This document shows, in pieces, positions 53,368 through 64,000 of a DNA stretch of 64,000 nt. Position 1 is the stretch's first letter. Each line of letters begins with the position of its first letter. The translations under genes were made by a program, and so were the position numbers. Source of the DNA: Eledone cirrhosa (Eukaryota); assembly GCA_964016885.1 (NCBI GenBank), contig OZ024742.1, forward strand, positions 34,410,001 through 34,474,000, written 5' to 3'. A model generated the notes under the pieces. The model did no database searches, had not been told where the DNA came from, and saw only the letters and a program-made list of their open reading frames with translations.

Positions 53368-56170
53368 TTGTTGTTTTATAATTTTATAAATTTTAACCGA
53401 ATGAGAGCTGGTTTCTGATATAGACTCATTGGAATTTAGACATCAACTAGGTAAATACTCTGTGTGTGTGTGTTGTATGTGTCTGTGTGTGTGTGTGTGA
53501 GTGTGTGTATATGTGTGTGTGGTGTGCGTGTGTGTGTGTGCGGGTGTGTTGTGCGTGTGTGTGAGTGTGCGTATGTGTGTGTGTTGTGTGTGTGTTGTGC
53601 GTGTGTGAGTGTGCGTGTGCGTGCATATGTGTGTGTATGTGTGTGTGTATATGTGCGTGTGTGTGTGTGTCTGTATGTACGTGTGTGCGTGTGTGTGTGT
53701 ATGTGTGTGTGCCGGTATCGATGTTATTGTATATATGGCTCTGTACATATATATGTGTATATACAGTTATTCAGAATTTCTAAAATGTTTTACATTAATG
53801 GACTTGCAACTTCCTAACTAGCCGTGTCCTTTCTGGATCTGTGAAGCCCAGTTGCTCAAGATTTCTACTGAGGCAGTTAATAACGTCACCAAGAGCACAA
53901 ATGATCACAGATACAAATCTAAAGTTATAGTCAGGATAGAGAACCTGTAGATTTCTCAGAGGTCCAGCATAAATATTCTCCTGATCAGCTGACTTCCATT
54001 ACTGTGCATATTTTATTTTTATGTCCCGTACCCCTATGTTTAGTTTGTTGTATTTGCATTTTACTGGAGCTCTGAGTGGAACATTCCACTAGTGCTCTTT
54101 CATATTACGTATGCATATGCCATTGATGTAACCTTTTGTTTATTGTTGAGGCTAGCCTTTCGACGGATTGCATTGTATAGTCTTTTGGCCATTATATCAT
54201 GCCTCATAGGTAGATAGTACCGTGATGACATCTTTGAACAGCTGCTTATGATATGGATGACATCGTTGATGTTAATTCCGCTGAGTCTGCATCTGTTGCC
54301 ACATCTAGTTGCTTTGCCTGCATCTCTATCTATTTTGTGAATCAGGTATTTTGTATTTATCTCCTGTTCTTGGATTACAAAAACGTATCATTCGAGGATA
54401 GAACCAATATAACGGTTCTTGGTTCGAGACTACTTCGCTTATTTATATTACTCTCAATATGGAGCTTCCTGGAAACATAGCCATGCATAATCTTTTGCTA
54501 TTTTATGAGTGAAAATAGAATACTCCTTCTCTGTATTTAACTTTAGGATAGTAGCCCCAAAAGAAGATAGGCTCTCTATGGTTCTGATAATCGCGTCTGT
54601 GACTTTTAGAAGTCGGGGGGCTCTCTATCATCCAAGAGCGTGGAACAGAATCGAATACATTCCTGTCGTCCAACTAGTCTATAACCTTGTACCCCCTATA
54701 TCGCCGCACATCTGACATCGCGGTTTTCTTTATGTTTTCAGCACCCCCACACAGCTTTCTTCTCAGCTGTTTACGCATCTGTGATATTATTATTGTTACA
54801 GGGATCCTGGAGAAATACGTCCAGGCAGGCTATATACATTTTACACATTAGGTTCTTGCCAAGTTGGTGTCTGATTTGGGGAACACAAATTATTTCTGTT
54901 AATGTCAAACAACCTGCTATATGTTCATTTCCCTTGAGAGCTTTATAGTAGAGGTTGATAAAATACATCCGATAGTCAGATTTTGTACTAGTAGCTGATA
55001 ATCAACTCTCTTCCTGGTGCTTCGGAGTTTTCTTATATCAAGGTTATCATCGCTGATGCTGTATTTATTTGTTATAGTGCAGGGGCAGTAATTCGTTTTA
55101 TTAATTCTTTTTACAGTCTCCGTCTTCAGTATCACTATTTCTTGCTGACAGCTCTTAATTTGTGTTCGAGTGTGCTCAGCGTGTATTGAAGATTTCTTGT
55201 TGTACTATCTCCAAACATAATTTCTATTTTATTTTTCACTCTCTGTTTGTGAGGAGTGTAGTTCTTTGTTTTTGTTTGCATATGAAGACCATTGTCACAT
55301 ATCCTATAGTTTTCCGCTGGTCATCAATCTCCTTTTATCTATTTTTGTAATATATGATGGCATTTTTGTGCTGTTTTGTTTCTATTAAAATCTGTATCAT
55401 CATCAAGATAATGTTTCACTGACGTTGCGATAGGCAGGCATTGATTTGCCAAAATGTAGGGGGCTTCAATTTATCGTAAATATTCACCAATTTCATTATT
55501 TGTTTTCTTGTTTAATATTGCTGTTTTATGTCATTCTACGAGAGAAATATTTATACATCAATTAATTTCTCTCTGGAATGTTTGACTGAGGGGATATTTC
55601 AATTGTTTACACTCTTGACTTTCCCAGTTAATGGCAGACGTGTCACTGACAATGTTTTGATGTTGATGATCAACGTGACTGCGAAGAAATACCATGGTAG
55701 TCGAGGTAAAATCAGTTGATACACGTAGTGTCAAATTCCTTACCGACATGGTTGTAAGAGACTGTTTTGTATTACCATAGTTTGTTGGTGACGAGCTGGC
55801 TGCTAGAAAGCCTACTAACAACGTGTCGATTGAATGTTCGATCTGGGAGACTTGTTTTGAATAATATTTATGTTATTTAATGTTATGTTCAACGAACGTT
55901 GCCTATTGTCGTAAATATTTGGCTGTAATTTAGTTCTGGATATAGTTTGTCTCAGTACAGCTTCATTCTGTTCATATAACCAAAAGAGGAAACTCTTTTT
56001 TTGCCATTCTATAACAATTAAATAAATCGTTATTACATTCGTAACACAAACAAAAATGCAATTGATATTTTCGGTTACTTCTGTAGCTACAACTAAAAAA
56101 TTCTGTTTCATTGTTGTTCTTCGATTCTCCACTAATGTTGTTGATGTTGTGTTCAGTCATGCTGCTTGTA
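53368..56170 (-). mobile_element. Older, longer, internally deleted relative of the same R4-clade element; 5' boundary approximate
   Basis: 3' UTR 53368-53460 resembles 51770-51880, and 53770-54500 parallels 52010-52805. RT motif FDSVPRSWMIE at about 54625-54660; eroded N-terminal region beyond. Confidence 0.72.
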
Positions 56171-56436
56171 GCAAATCCTTATAAAATGAAATTAGTATTT
56201 CGACGGAATTCTCTACGATTTCAAATAAAAGGTGTCTTCGTTGAGTATAATTAAAGGAATATTTAGTTATTCAACACGGTTAGTAGGTGTGGTGGTATTG
56301 TCAGAGATAGTATTCATCTAAAAGTTGATGAATTTAATGTGTTTATGTATGAATGGACCTGTTATTTTTATCTAAAGACATTTTTTTCAAATTCCACCCC
56401 ACTCGTCCCTTCAATCTATCTTATTTCTTATTCTTT

Positions 56437-56472
56437 CTTTTGATGAAGAACTAGCGTCCGAAATGTTAAGAC
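56437..56472 (+). ncRNA. Degenerate minimal hammerhead (C3 changed to U) in a short repeat
   Basis: CTT-TTGATGA-aGAAC-tagc-GTCC-GAAA-TGT-TA-AG. The downstream sequence is shared with 25613-25680. Confidence 0.4.
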
Positions 56473-56556
56473 CCTCTTCCTGCTATTTCAAGCGTTAACC
56501 TAATATATTCCTTCCATATACTGTACTGATTGTGTCGTTATTTCTGTTTAGCTTTT

Positions 56557-56609
<53 letters not shown>

Positions 56610-57237
56610 GGGGGGGGGGATCTACATATATAAAACTAAGCGATTTTCTAAATATTTTATTTATAGGGAACTGTTTACAGGTATTTTCTTCTTTTGAATT
56701 TCCACATACACCAATTTTAAATCCCGCAAGTGATTCTATATATCGATATATCATAATATATATATAGATCGACTAATCGATTATTGCCTTGTGAGTAAAC
56801 ATTGGTCGATGGAAAATGTGTGGAAGCCCGTTATAATATATATATATATAATGTGTTGGACAGAAAAGAAATGGCTAAATTATGTATTACTCCGACAGCA
56901 GTTAAATGACTGAAACAAGTAAAAGAATAAAGGAGAGTGAGAGTGAGGGAGAAAGAGAGTGGAAGAGATAGAGTAAGAGAGGAAGTAGGACAGAGAGTGA
57001 GAGGGTGGGTGAGAAACAGAAACAGAGGAATGAGGAGGAGATGGAAGAGACAAAGTAAGAGAGACAAAGTTAATACTAAGTAGAGTTCAAAATAGGGATG
57101 AGAAGGAAAACCACGTCAGCTGGATCACATATCTGGGACACACAACATATTAATATATTATAACACACAGACACACACGCCCATATACAAACACACACAC
57201 GCACACACACACATACACAAATATATATGTATATATG

Positions 57238-57338
57238 GTGCCGTAACTGAATCGTAGGGGCGCCGTAATGACATACATGGGCATTTTAAGCCCATCCCAC
57301 TTAGGGCTGAGTCCAGCAAATTTCTTCCAGTGAAAGAT

Positions 57339-57384
<46 letters not shown>

Positions 57385-57548
57385 GTGAGAAAGAGATATA
57401 CAGGAAGAACCGTCTCCAGTACAAGACAGGTATATTTTTTATCGACCTCGAAAGGATGAAAGGCAAAGCTGATCTCAGCGGGATTTGAACTCAGAGAGCA
57501 GAGTTCCGGAACGAATACCATAAAGAATTCTATCCGACGTTCTAACAA
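57238..57548 (-). mobile_element. tRNA-SINE with the alternative 3' tail
   Basis: Head and core as in other copies; tail similar to 35460-35600. Confidence 0.75.
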
Positions 57549-57561
57549 TTATATATATATA

Positions 57562-57800
57562 TATATTAATAAAAGGAATTCCAACTTTGTCTGATTTACT
57601 CGTTTTATTTACAATCCTTTAACATTTATAATGGTAATAGAATGAAATAGTATGGTAGAATATTAAATGTTAAGTGTTCATTGAACACTTAACATTTAAT
57701 ATTCTACCATACTATTTCATTCTATTACCATTATAAATGTTAAAGGATTGTAAATAAAACGAGTAAATCAGACAAAGTTGGAATTCCTTTTATTAATATA
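57562..57800. repeat. Perfect about 119-bp-arm palindrome (1-nt loop at 57681) in TA repeats
   Basis: ..aagtgttca-t-tgaacactt..; arms match to the ends. Confidence 0.9.
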
Positions 57801-57882
57801 ATCTTCTATACACAATCATACACACCCGTGTATACATATATATATATATATATAGTTATGTAATAAACAACATAAGATAATT

Positions 57883-57957
57883 ATTTCATGTACCAAAGGT
57901 TTCACGAAGACAGACGAGCCTGGCACAGACGTCTGACTTCGATCGTCAGAATGAAAT
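57883..57957 (-). ncRNA. Type I hammerhead ribozyme (relative of the 2043 family, longer GC-rich stem II)
   Basis: Minus strand: ATTTCATT-CTGACGA-tCGAAGtCAGACG..CGTCTGtCTTCGt-GAAA-CC-TTT-GG-TA-CATGAAAT. Confidence 0.72.
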
Positions 57958-58292
57958 TTTATTTAAAACGGATGTGAGATCTGAATTTCAAAACAAAGTC
58001 TAGGACCAATTGAAAGCGAGGCTGAAATAAAATTTCGGACGTAATGTAAAGGGGAAAATAATAAATGTATATGTATATATACAAACACACACATATACAA
58101 GCACATACTCACGCATATACCTATAATCGCACACTCACACATACCTACATGTACGCTTACATGCACATTCAAACACATACATGTACAAGCACTCCTACAG
58201 CCACATATGCGCACACACACGCACACATGCACATACACATACCCATAAATATACATATATATATATATATACACACATATACATATATATAT

Positions 58293-58684
58293 ATATTAAT
58301 TCCAAATATTAACAAAACAGATATTCTTGTGATCAATTAAAATTTATTATACATATTTCAGAGGTGCTGAATTAAGTTCAACAGTACGTCCTCATCAGAT
58401 AAAATAAAATAATACATGACATACCCTGACATGGCAGATGGTTAAGATTTAATCAAGGTACCTTGATTAAATCTTAACCATCTACCATGTCAGGGTAGAT
58501 CATGTATCATTTTATTTGTATATAATATGTATAATAACATTTTATTCGTCACAAGAATATCTGTTTTGTTAATATTTGGAATTAATATTAATTAACCCTG
58601 GAAAATATTTTTTACGTAGAGTGCTTCCTATCTTTTGTAAAACTCATTCTCTGATGTACTCATTGAATCTTATTTAACTCTTAA
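58293..58684. mobile_element. Fold-back element centred on GGTACC (58457-58462); hammerhead intact only in the minus arm
   Basis: 58293-58459 pairs with 58460-58588 except for a deletion in the right arm; GAGTGCT at 58619. Confidence 0.8.
58343..58403 (-). ncRNA. Minimal type I hammerhead ribozyme
   Basis: Minus strand: TTTAT-CTGATGA-GGACGTACTG..CAGCACCTCT-GAAA-TATGTA-TA-ATAAA. Confidence 0.7.
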
Positions 58685-58698
58685 ATATATATATATAT

Positions 58699-58770
<72 letters not shown>

Positions 58771-59160
58771 GTGGGAAAGTAAAAAATCGGAGAATAGACC
58801 GTTAAAACATGTTTATTTAAAATATCACCTACGTACGTTTCGCCCAGTTGGGCTTCTCAAGGGCATAAATAATCACAAGTGTTCCTTATATTGCTCGGAA
58901 AGAGTTTTTGGGGTTAAATCCACATCAAGGTTCATTGCTCGCAAAAATATCTTGTTTTGATTTTGCAGCAGGTCAAGGGAGGTAACTCTGGCCGGTGTTA
59001 GGGCAGTCTTTCCCGGACAAATTTTTTTTTTTTTTTTTTTTGCCGCATCCGTTTGTCTGAGGCTGGGTCTGGTATGCAAGGATTGTTTCCTGGGTGTTAT
59101 TTTGCAGCGCCTGCCCGCCGGGGTGTTAAAACTTGTTGCAGGGAGATCCAGTGTACTATT

Positions 59161-60129
59161 TCACTCTTCATCCTTAACCCATCTGAAGAAGGATATTTTT
59201 AAGCGGTGTGTACAACTTATCGCTGTTTCAGCTCTGCTGTTGATGAGCTCGTGGGGTGCAGTTATGATGTGGTAGAGCTCCATGAGGCAAAGATCGCATT
59301 TCCTCTTGAAGTTGTACGGTGCAGCCCTGCCGACAATCTTCCAGTGCGTGGAGAAGCTGATGTTTAAGTCCGTTAGTGATGTGATGTAGTCCGCGAGCGA
59401 AGTGGAGTGCCTTAGTTCTCTATTTGTGAAAGAGTGGAGATGTGTTCGAAACCTAATTTTGAACGGGCCGGAGGTGGCCCGTATATAATGTTTAACGCTA
59501 TTGTGGCTAGTAATAGTGCATCTATATATAACCCTATCAGTCAAGCAGTATCCTCTAAGGGGGCAGCGTCCTCTGTCGCGGCAGTTGCAATTTCTGTCGC
59601 TGTTCCGTCTATTTCCCACGGTAAGGCTATCATTGTTGCTGCCTACGTTGTTACCTACGCTACCGCAGCTGTCGTTAGCACAATTACAACCCACAGCACG
59701 CGGGGTGGTGCGATTGTTATTCCGCACGTCATGTTCTGCATGTTCCCCAGTCATTTCGCGGTTATTCTGGTTGTGTCTGCGGATGCCGTTGCCAACACTA
59801 TTGGATGCTGCCAGGGAGTTGTTAAGGCCGATATAGTTATTGTCAGGTGTAGGTGCGTCTGTGTCGAGGTGCTGTGTCTTGGTGATCTTACTGTGGTTCG
59901 TTGTTCCTATGATGTCTGCTAGGTTAGGAGTAGTAGAGAAGGATATTTTTATATTGTTCCTATTAAGAATTTTTCTATACCTATGGTTGGGCGGGAAGTT
60001 CTTCTCTAAGGCTACGAAGAACATCCGTGGTATGTTGGAGGCCACACTCCGAGAGTAGGGGGGGCTGGAACCATAGGACGTTACGGTGGCGATTACGTGT
60101 CCTTGTACTTTTGCTACGGGTGGTTCCAT
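59161..60129 (-). CDS. Naiad-type PLE C-terminus: post-RT linker, Cys-rich region and GIY-YIG endonuclease (frameshift in the poly-C run about 60058-60064)
   Basis: RNVLWFQPP/YSRSVASNI, KNFPPNHRYRKILNRNNIKISFS, CNCRDRGRCPLRGYCLTDRVIY, YIRATSGPFKIRFRTHLHSF, CDLCLME, INSRAE..CTH. Confidence 0.85.
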   Translation of the reverse strand: MEPPVAKVQGHVIATVTSYGSSPPYSRSVASNIPRMFFVALEKNFPPNHRYRKILNRNNIKISFSTTPNLADIIGTTNHSKITKTQHLDTDAPTPDNNYIGLNNSLAASNSVGNGIRRHNQNNREMTGEHAEHDVRNNNRTTPRAVGCNCANDSCGSVGNNVGSNNDSLTVGNRRNSDRNCNCRDRGRCPLRGYCLTDRVIYRCTITSHNSVKHYIRATSGPFKIRFRTHLHSFTNRELRHSTSLADYITSLTDLNISFSTHWKIVGRAAPYNFKRKCDLCLMELYHIITAPHELINSRAETAISCTHRLKISFFRWVKDEE

Positions 60130-60376
60130 CTAAGTGACCGCTCTTATGTGTGTTAATGCGCAGTCGCCCGTTCGTTGCCCCTTTCACTTTATGCTCGGGT
60201 GCACTCTTTCTACCTCTTCCATGTTTATGTACACGAAGATGTTGGTTGGAAGGCGTTGGTAGTAGGCCGTCGCCTTTGTTGGTTTTGTAATAGGGGAATA
60301 GTTTGAGTAATCTACAGTGTTCACCGTCGCCGGGGACGTGATCTTTGGTGCGGTTATCTATTCTATTATATCCGAC

Positions 60377-60570
60377 TTCAAGTGTATCCCCTTACCCAGC
60401 AGAAAAACCTACCTTAAACTGCTTATAGACGCTACTAACTCGTTTATACGGAGAGTCAGATGGAAGGTCTACCACCTGGATAAGAACACCCGTAACCTTC
60501 CTGAACCCAAAGAGAAGTATGGCTTCAAAACATACCGAAACCCACCGCACAACACCTTACTGGACTCCAA
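60377..60570 (+). pseudogene. N-terminal fragment of a Naiad-type PLE ORF
   Basis: KCIPLPSRKTYLKLLIDATNSFIRRVRWK..KYGFKTYRNPP resembles the KNIP..F..R.RWK..YGFK N-terminal motif recalled for this group. Confidence 0.65.
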
Positions 60571-60639
60571 TGAACCTTGATGTGGATTTAACCCCCAAAA
60601 CTCTTTCCGAGCAATATAAGGAACACTTGTGATTATTTA

Positions 60640-60680
60640 TGCCCTTGAGAAGCCCAACTGGGCGAAACGTACGTAGGTGA
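60640..60680 (+). ncRNA. Hammerhead-like motif with a variant core (inverted copy at about 58824-58866)
   Basis: GCC-CTTGAGAA-GCCC-aact-GGGC-GAAA-CGTACG-TA-GGT. Confidence 0.55.
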
Positions 60681-60893
60681 TATTTTAAATAAACATGTTT
60701 TAACGGTCTATTCTCCGATTTTTTTACTTTCCCACGTGCTTACGCTCTGCTAACTCTCTAGCCCACTAAATATTAACACTTCGAATATTTAATACTGCCG
60801 GCACTAGTATCGAGCACCTTTGGCATACGCTACTTGGCAAATAACTATATGTATCACCTATCCCCCCTTTTTTTCTCTTTCTCGATACGTAAA

Positions 60894-60931
<38 letters not shown>

Positions 60932-60937
<6 letters not shown>

Positions 60938-61089
60938 ATACTTTGGGAGGGTCATGTTGCCAATAAGAAACACAGGCACCTCCGGTACGTGTCTTTCTTA
61001 TTGGCAACATGACCCTCCCAAAGTATAACAATATCGGTTTCAACACACGTTTTCAGATAAAGAATCTTGCTAAGCAAATTCAGAAATGA
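60932..61089. mobile_element. Fold-back element (about 40-bp arms plus 56-bp extension)
   Basis: 60932-60970 pairs with 60993-61032; same family as 29746-30056. Confidence 0.8.
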
Positions 61090-61315
61090 TATATATATAT
61101 ATATATACATACACACACACATACATATACGCACACACACGCACACTTCCACACATACATACATATGGATACATATACACACACATATACATATGCGTGT
61201 ATGTATATGTATATGTGTGTATTTATGTATCCATATGTGTGCATGCATGTGTGTAAGTTTGCGTGTGTGTGCGTATATGTATGTGTGTGTGTGTATGTGC
61301 ATATATATATATATA

Positions 61316-61522
61316 TAACGAAGGAAGTGTGGTAAGGAACCAGGTGAACCATAACGCACCAGAGTACTCGATACTTAGGGTAGTAGAGTGGGTAATAGGA
61401 AAAGAGTCAGGACCCTGACGGCAGAGCTCAAGCCGTTTCGACGCCTATTTCTGGACTCACTGTTTCTGTCCAGGAATAGCCGTCGAAACGGTTTGAGCTC
61501 TGCCGTCGGGGTCCTGACTCTT

Positions 61523-61527
<5 letters not shown>
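61316..61527. mobile_element. Fold-back element (long minus arm, short plus arm)
   Basis: 61399-61456 pairs with 61468-61526; carries only the GAAAC half of a hammerhead-like motif. Confidence 0.8.
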
Positions 61528-61575
<48 letters not shown>

Positions 61576-61771
61576 AATAAAGATTCAGCGAGAGGAAAGG
61601 CGAAGCGAAACGCAAAAATCAGAAATGATACTGGCAAAGTGCTCAATAGTTAAAAACTAGAGCTAAACAATGTGTTAAGAAGCCATACAAAACTGAAAAG
61701 GTGGTCAAGAAGGCATTAACCACCCAAGCCAAAAACCAAATCAAGCTAAACAGGTCAAAACAAAATAAATG

Positions 61772-61819
61772 ATAAGGGTGAAAGCAGTATTTGTTTGTTT
61801 AAACTGTTAATCTGTGCTA

Positions 61820-61917
<98 letters not shown>

Positions 61918-61960
61918 ACAGATTAACAGTTTAAGCAAACAAATACTGCTTTCACCCTTA
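61772..61960. repeat. About 45-bp inverted repeat flanking a (TA)n tract
   Basis: taagggtgaaagcagtatttgtttgtttaaactgttaatctgtg pairs with cacagattaacagtttaagcaaacaaatactgctttcaccctta. Confidence 0.85.
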
Positions 61961-62550
61961 TACTGTATTTTCTGAAATTGAGATATATATCTATCTATGG
62001 ATGCTGAGATAAATATTTGGAAAGATTACAAGGAAATATGACATTTAAAAATAGAAAGACATAAAGGCGACTTGAATATTGAATTATATGTACGCAAGTA
62101 TATATATATATGTGTGTGTGTGTATGTGTATATATATGTTTATGTTTCAGTTACTCTGAAGATTATGCTCCAATGACGTCAACCATGTGAAGGCTTTATA
62201 TATTTGGAAATATTCCAGTTTTCACAAATACACACACACCACACACATGCAGAAACTCGAACGCAAGCAAAACTGATGCATAACGGAACTCTCTGAGCCA
62301 CTCCGAATGTCCCACCATCTCCAGTAAGGACGGATAGGCATACGAAATCTATCGGGAGTAATATGTATTATCAACGCACAATCTCTCGTTTCTCATATTT
62401 CCATCCCTTTCTTCTAAACCGTCTTTTCTCTCTCCTTCCTTATCCGGCTTTGTTACTTTAATATTTAGATAGCGATTTACAAATCAAATCATACCCACTT
62501 TTCACACACGCATACTAGTCACCACACACACGTATATATGCACACACACG

Positions 62551-62616
<66 letters not shown>

Positions 62617-62810
62617 CACATATATATATATATATACGTATATGTACGAAGAAAGTGTGGTAAGGAACCAGGTGGTCCATAACGCACCAGAGTACTCGAT
62701 ACTTAGGGTAGTAGAGTGCGAAATGTATATATATGTATACGTTATACACACACACACACACACACGCACACACACACATATATATACATGTGTGTTATAC
62801 ATATATACAT

Positions 62811-62888
<78 letters not shown>

Positions 62889-62892
<4 letters not shown>

Positions 62893-63015
62893 GTTTCTAC
62901 TTTTGGCACAAGGCCACCAAATCCCCAGTGTATTACTGGTACTTTATTTTATCGACCCCATAAGGATGATAGGTACAGTTAACCTCGGCGGGATTTGAAC
63001 TCAGAATGGCAAGGG
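62889..63015 (-). mobile_element. 5'-truncated tRNA-SINE
   Basis: Standard core and tail. Confidence 0.8.
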
Positions 63016-63054
63016 CCAATATAAGATCAAAAGATGGTTAAAAGAGTTCCGTGT

Positions 63055-63123
63055 ATTTTATTATGCGCATTTCAAAAACAAATATCATCATGGGATGATA
63101 TTTGCGTTCTCATCAGATAAAAT
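63055..63123 (-). ncRNA. Minimal type I hammerhead in a solo terminal repeat (63020-63185) of the 4537/12699 family
   Basis: Minus strand: TTTTAT-CTGATGA-GAACGCAAATATCAT..ATGATATTTGTTTTT-GAAA-TGCGCA-TA-ATAAAA. Confidence 0.78.
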
Positions 63124-63203
63124 AGGGTGACATGATATGAAGCTTAAAAAACACTTGCGTGCAGTGAAGTGTTAAATCAACATATATATATATATATATA
63201 TAT

Positions 63204-63411
63204 AACGAAGGAAATGTGGTAAGGAACCAAATGGACCATAACGCACCAAAGTACTCAATACTAAGGGTAGTAGAGTGGGTAACAGCAAAAGAGTCAAGAC
63301 CCCGACGGCTGAGCTCAAGCCGTTTCGACGGCTAATTCTGGACTAAAAGATTTTTAGTCCAGACTTAGCCGTCGAAACGGCTTGAGCTCAGCCTTCGGGG
63401 TCCTACTCGTT

Positions 63412-63413
<2 letters not shown>
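63204..63413. mobile_element. Fold-back element, same family as 61316-61527
   Basis: Turn at ctggactaaaa-ga-ttttagtccag; arms about 63285-63348 and 63351-63412. Confidence 0.8.
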
Positions 63414-63474
<61 letters not shown>

Positions 63475-64000
63475 TAAGATATAAAAATCATATATATATT
63501 TACATGTTTGGGATTTTGTATATTCATGTGTGTGTGCGTGTGTGTGTGTATGTGTGTGTGTGTGTGTGTGTATTTGTCTATATCATATGTATGTATGTAT
63601 CTATGTATGTACCATATTTCTACTGTCAAAATTAATTCCCTTAAGCCATAACTTCAAAAGTTTATTAGATCTCGGTTGTCATTTATAATGATTTCTCTAA
63701 ATTCGCGTGGCTAGATTGGTTAATAATTTCGGTTCACTTAGAATATAGGCCATCAGATCAACGAAGCTACCGCCTCCACCACCATCAGCACCAACAGCAT
63801 CTCATATATCCAAACAAAAGACAAACCCAAACTGAAACCAATCTTTGTATATAAACATTCATTTTAACCCATAATACAATAGAATATGGTTATTGAGCTT
63901 TGACTGTCATTCCAAATCTTTTGAGATTTCTTTTCTAATTCCTGTGTCATATGAGTCATTTTCTTTGGCTTGGAAAGAGGTTGTGGTTGATTGAATCGAC

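Larger units (their letters stand above)
58770..60897. mobile_element. Rearranged Naiad-type PLE with inverted terminal repeats, lacking the RT core
   Basis: 58770-58937 is the reverse complement of 60569-60736. GIY-YIG ORF on minus, N-terminal fragment on plus, (TA)n on both sides. Confidence 0.85.

Noticed and set aside
59161-60129. Selenoprotein-type Naiad (UGA at conserved Cys)
   Set aside because: Conserved cysteines are ordinary Cys codons here and at 5650-6022; no in-frame UGA or evident SECIS.

Overview
AT-rich animal genomic DNA, saturated with microsatellites and repeats. The SINE and microsatellite style suggests a cephalopod such as Octopus, but that is inference. No host protein-coding exon can be supported; most ORF-track calls are (TA)n/(CA)n translations. 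Recognisable elements: a near full-length but frameshifted Tx1/L1-clade LINE (16.9-22.8 kb) sitting directly behind the tail of an older copy; three R4/Dong-type restriction-like-endonuclease LINE copies, in (TAA)n and (CATA)n tracts; CR1 and RTE fragments; a decayed mariner; many tRNA-derived SINEs; and Penelope-like elements (PLEs) of two types, Penelope/Poseidon-like and Naiad-like GIY-YIG. The main signal is about 20 minimal type I hammerhead ribozyme motifs, carried mostly by short non-coding PLE-derived fold-back elements in (TA)n tracts. These have one long and one short 3' arm pointing outward. Across sequence-dissimilar families, the short arm stops about 23-33 nt upstream of a shared GAGTRCT-like box. 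There is also a candidate bidirectional promoter near 47.0-47.2 kb and a 200-N assembly gap.
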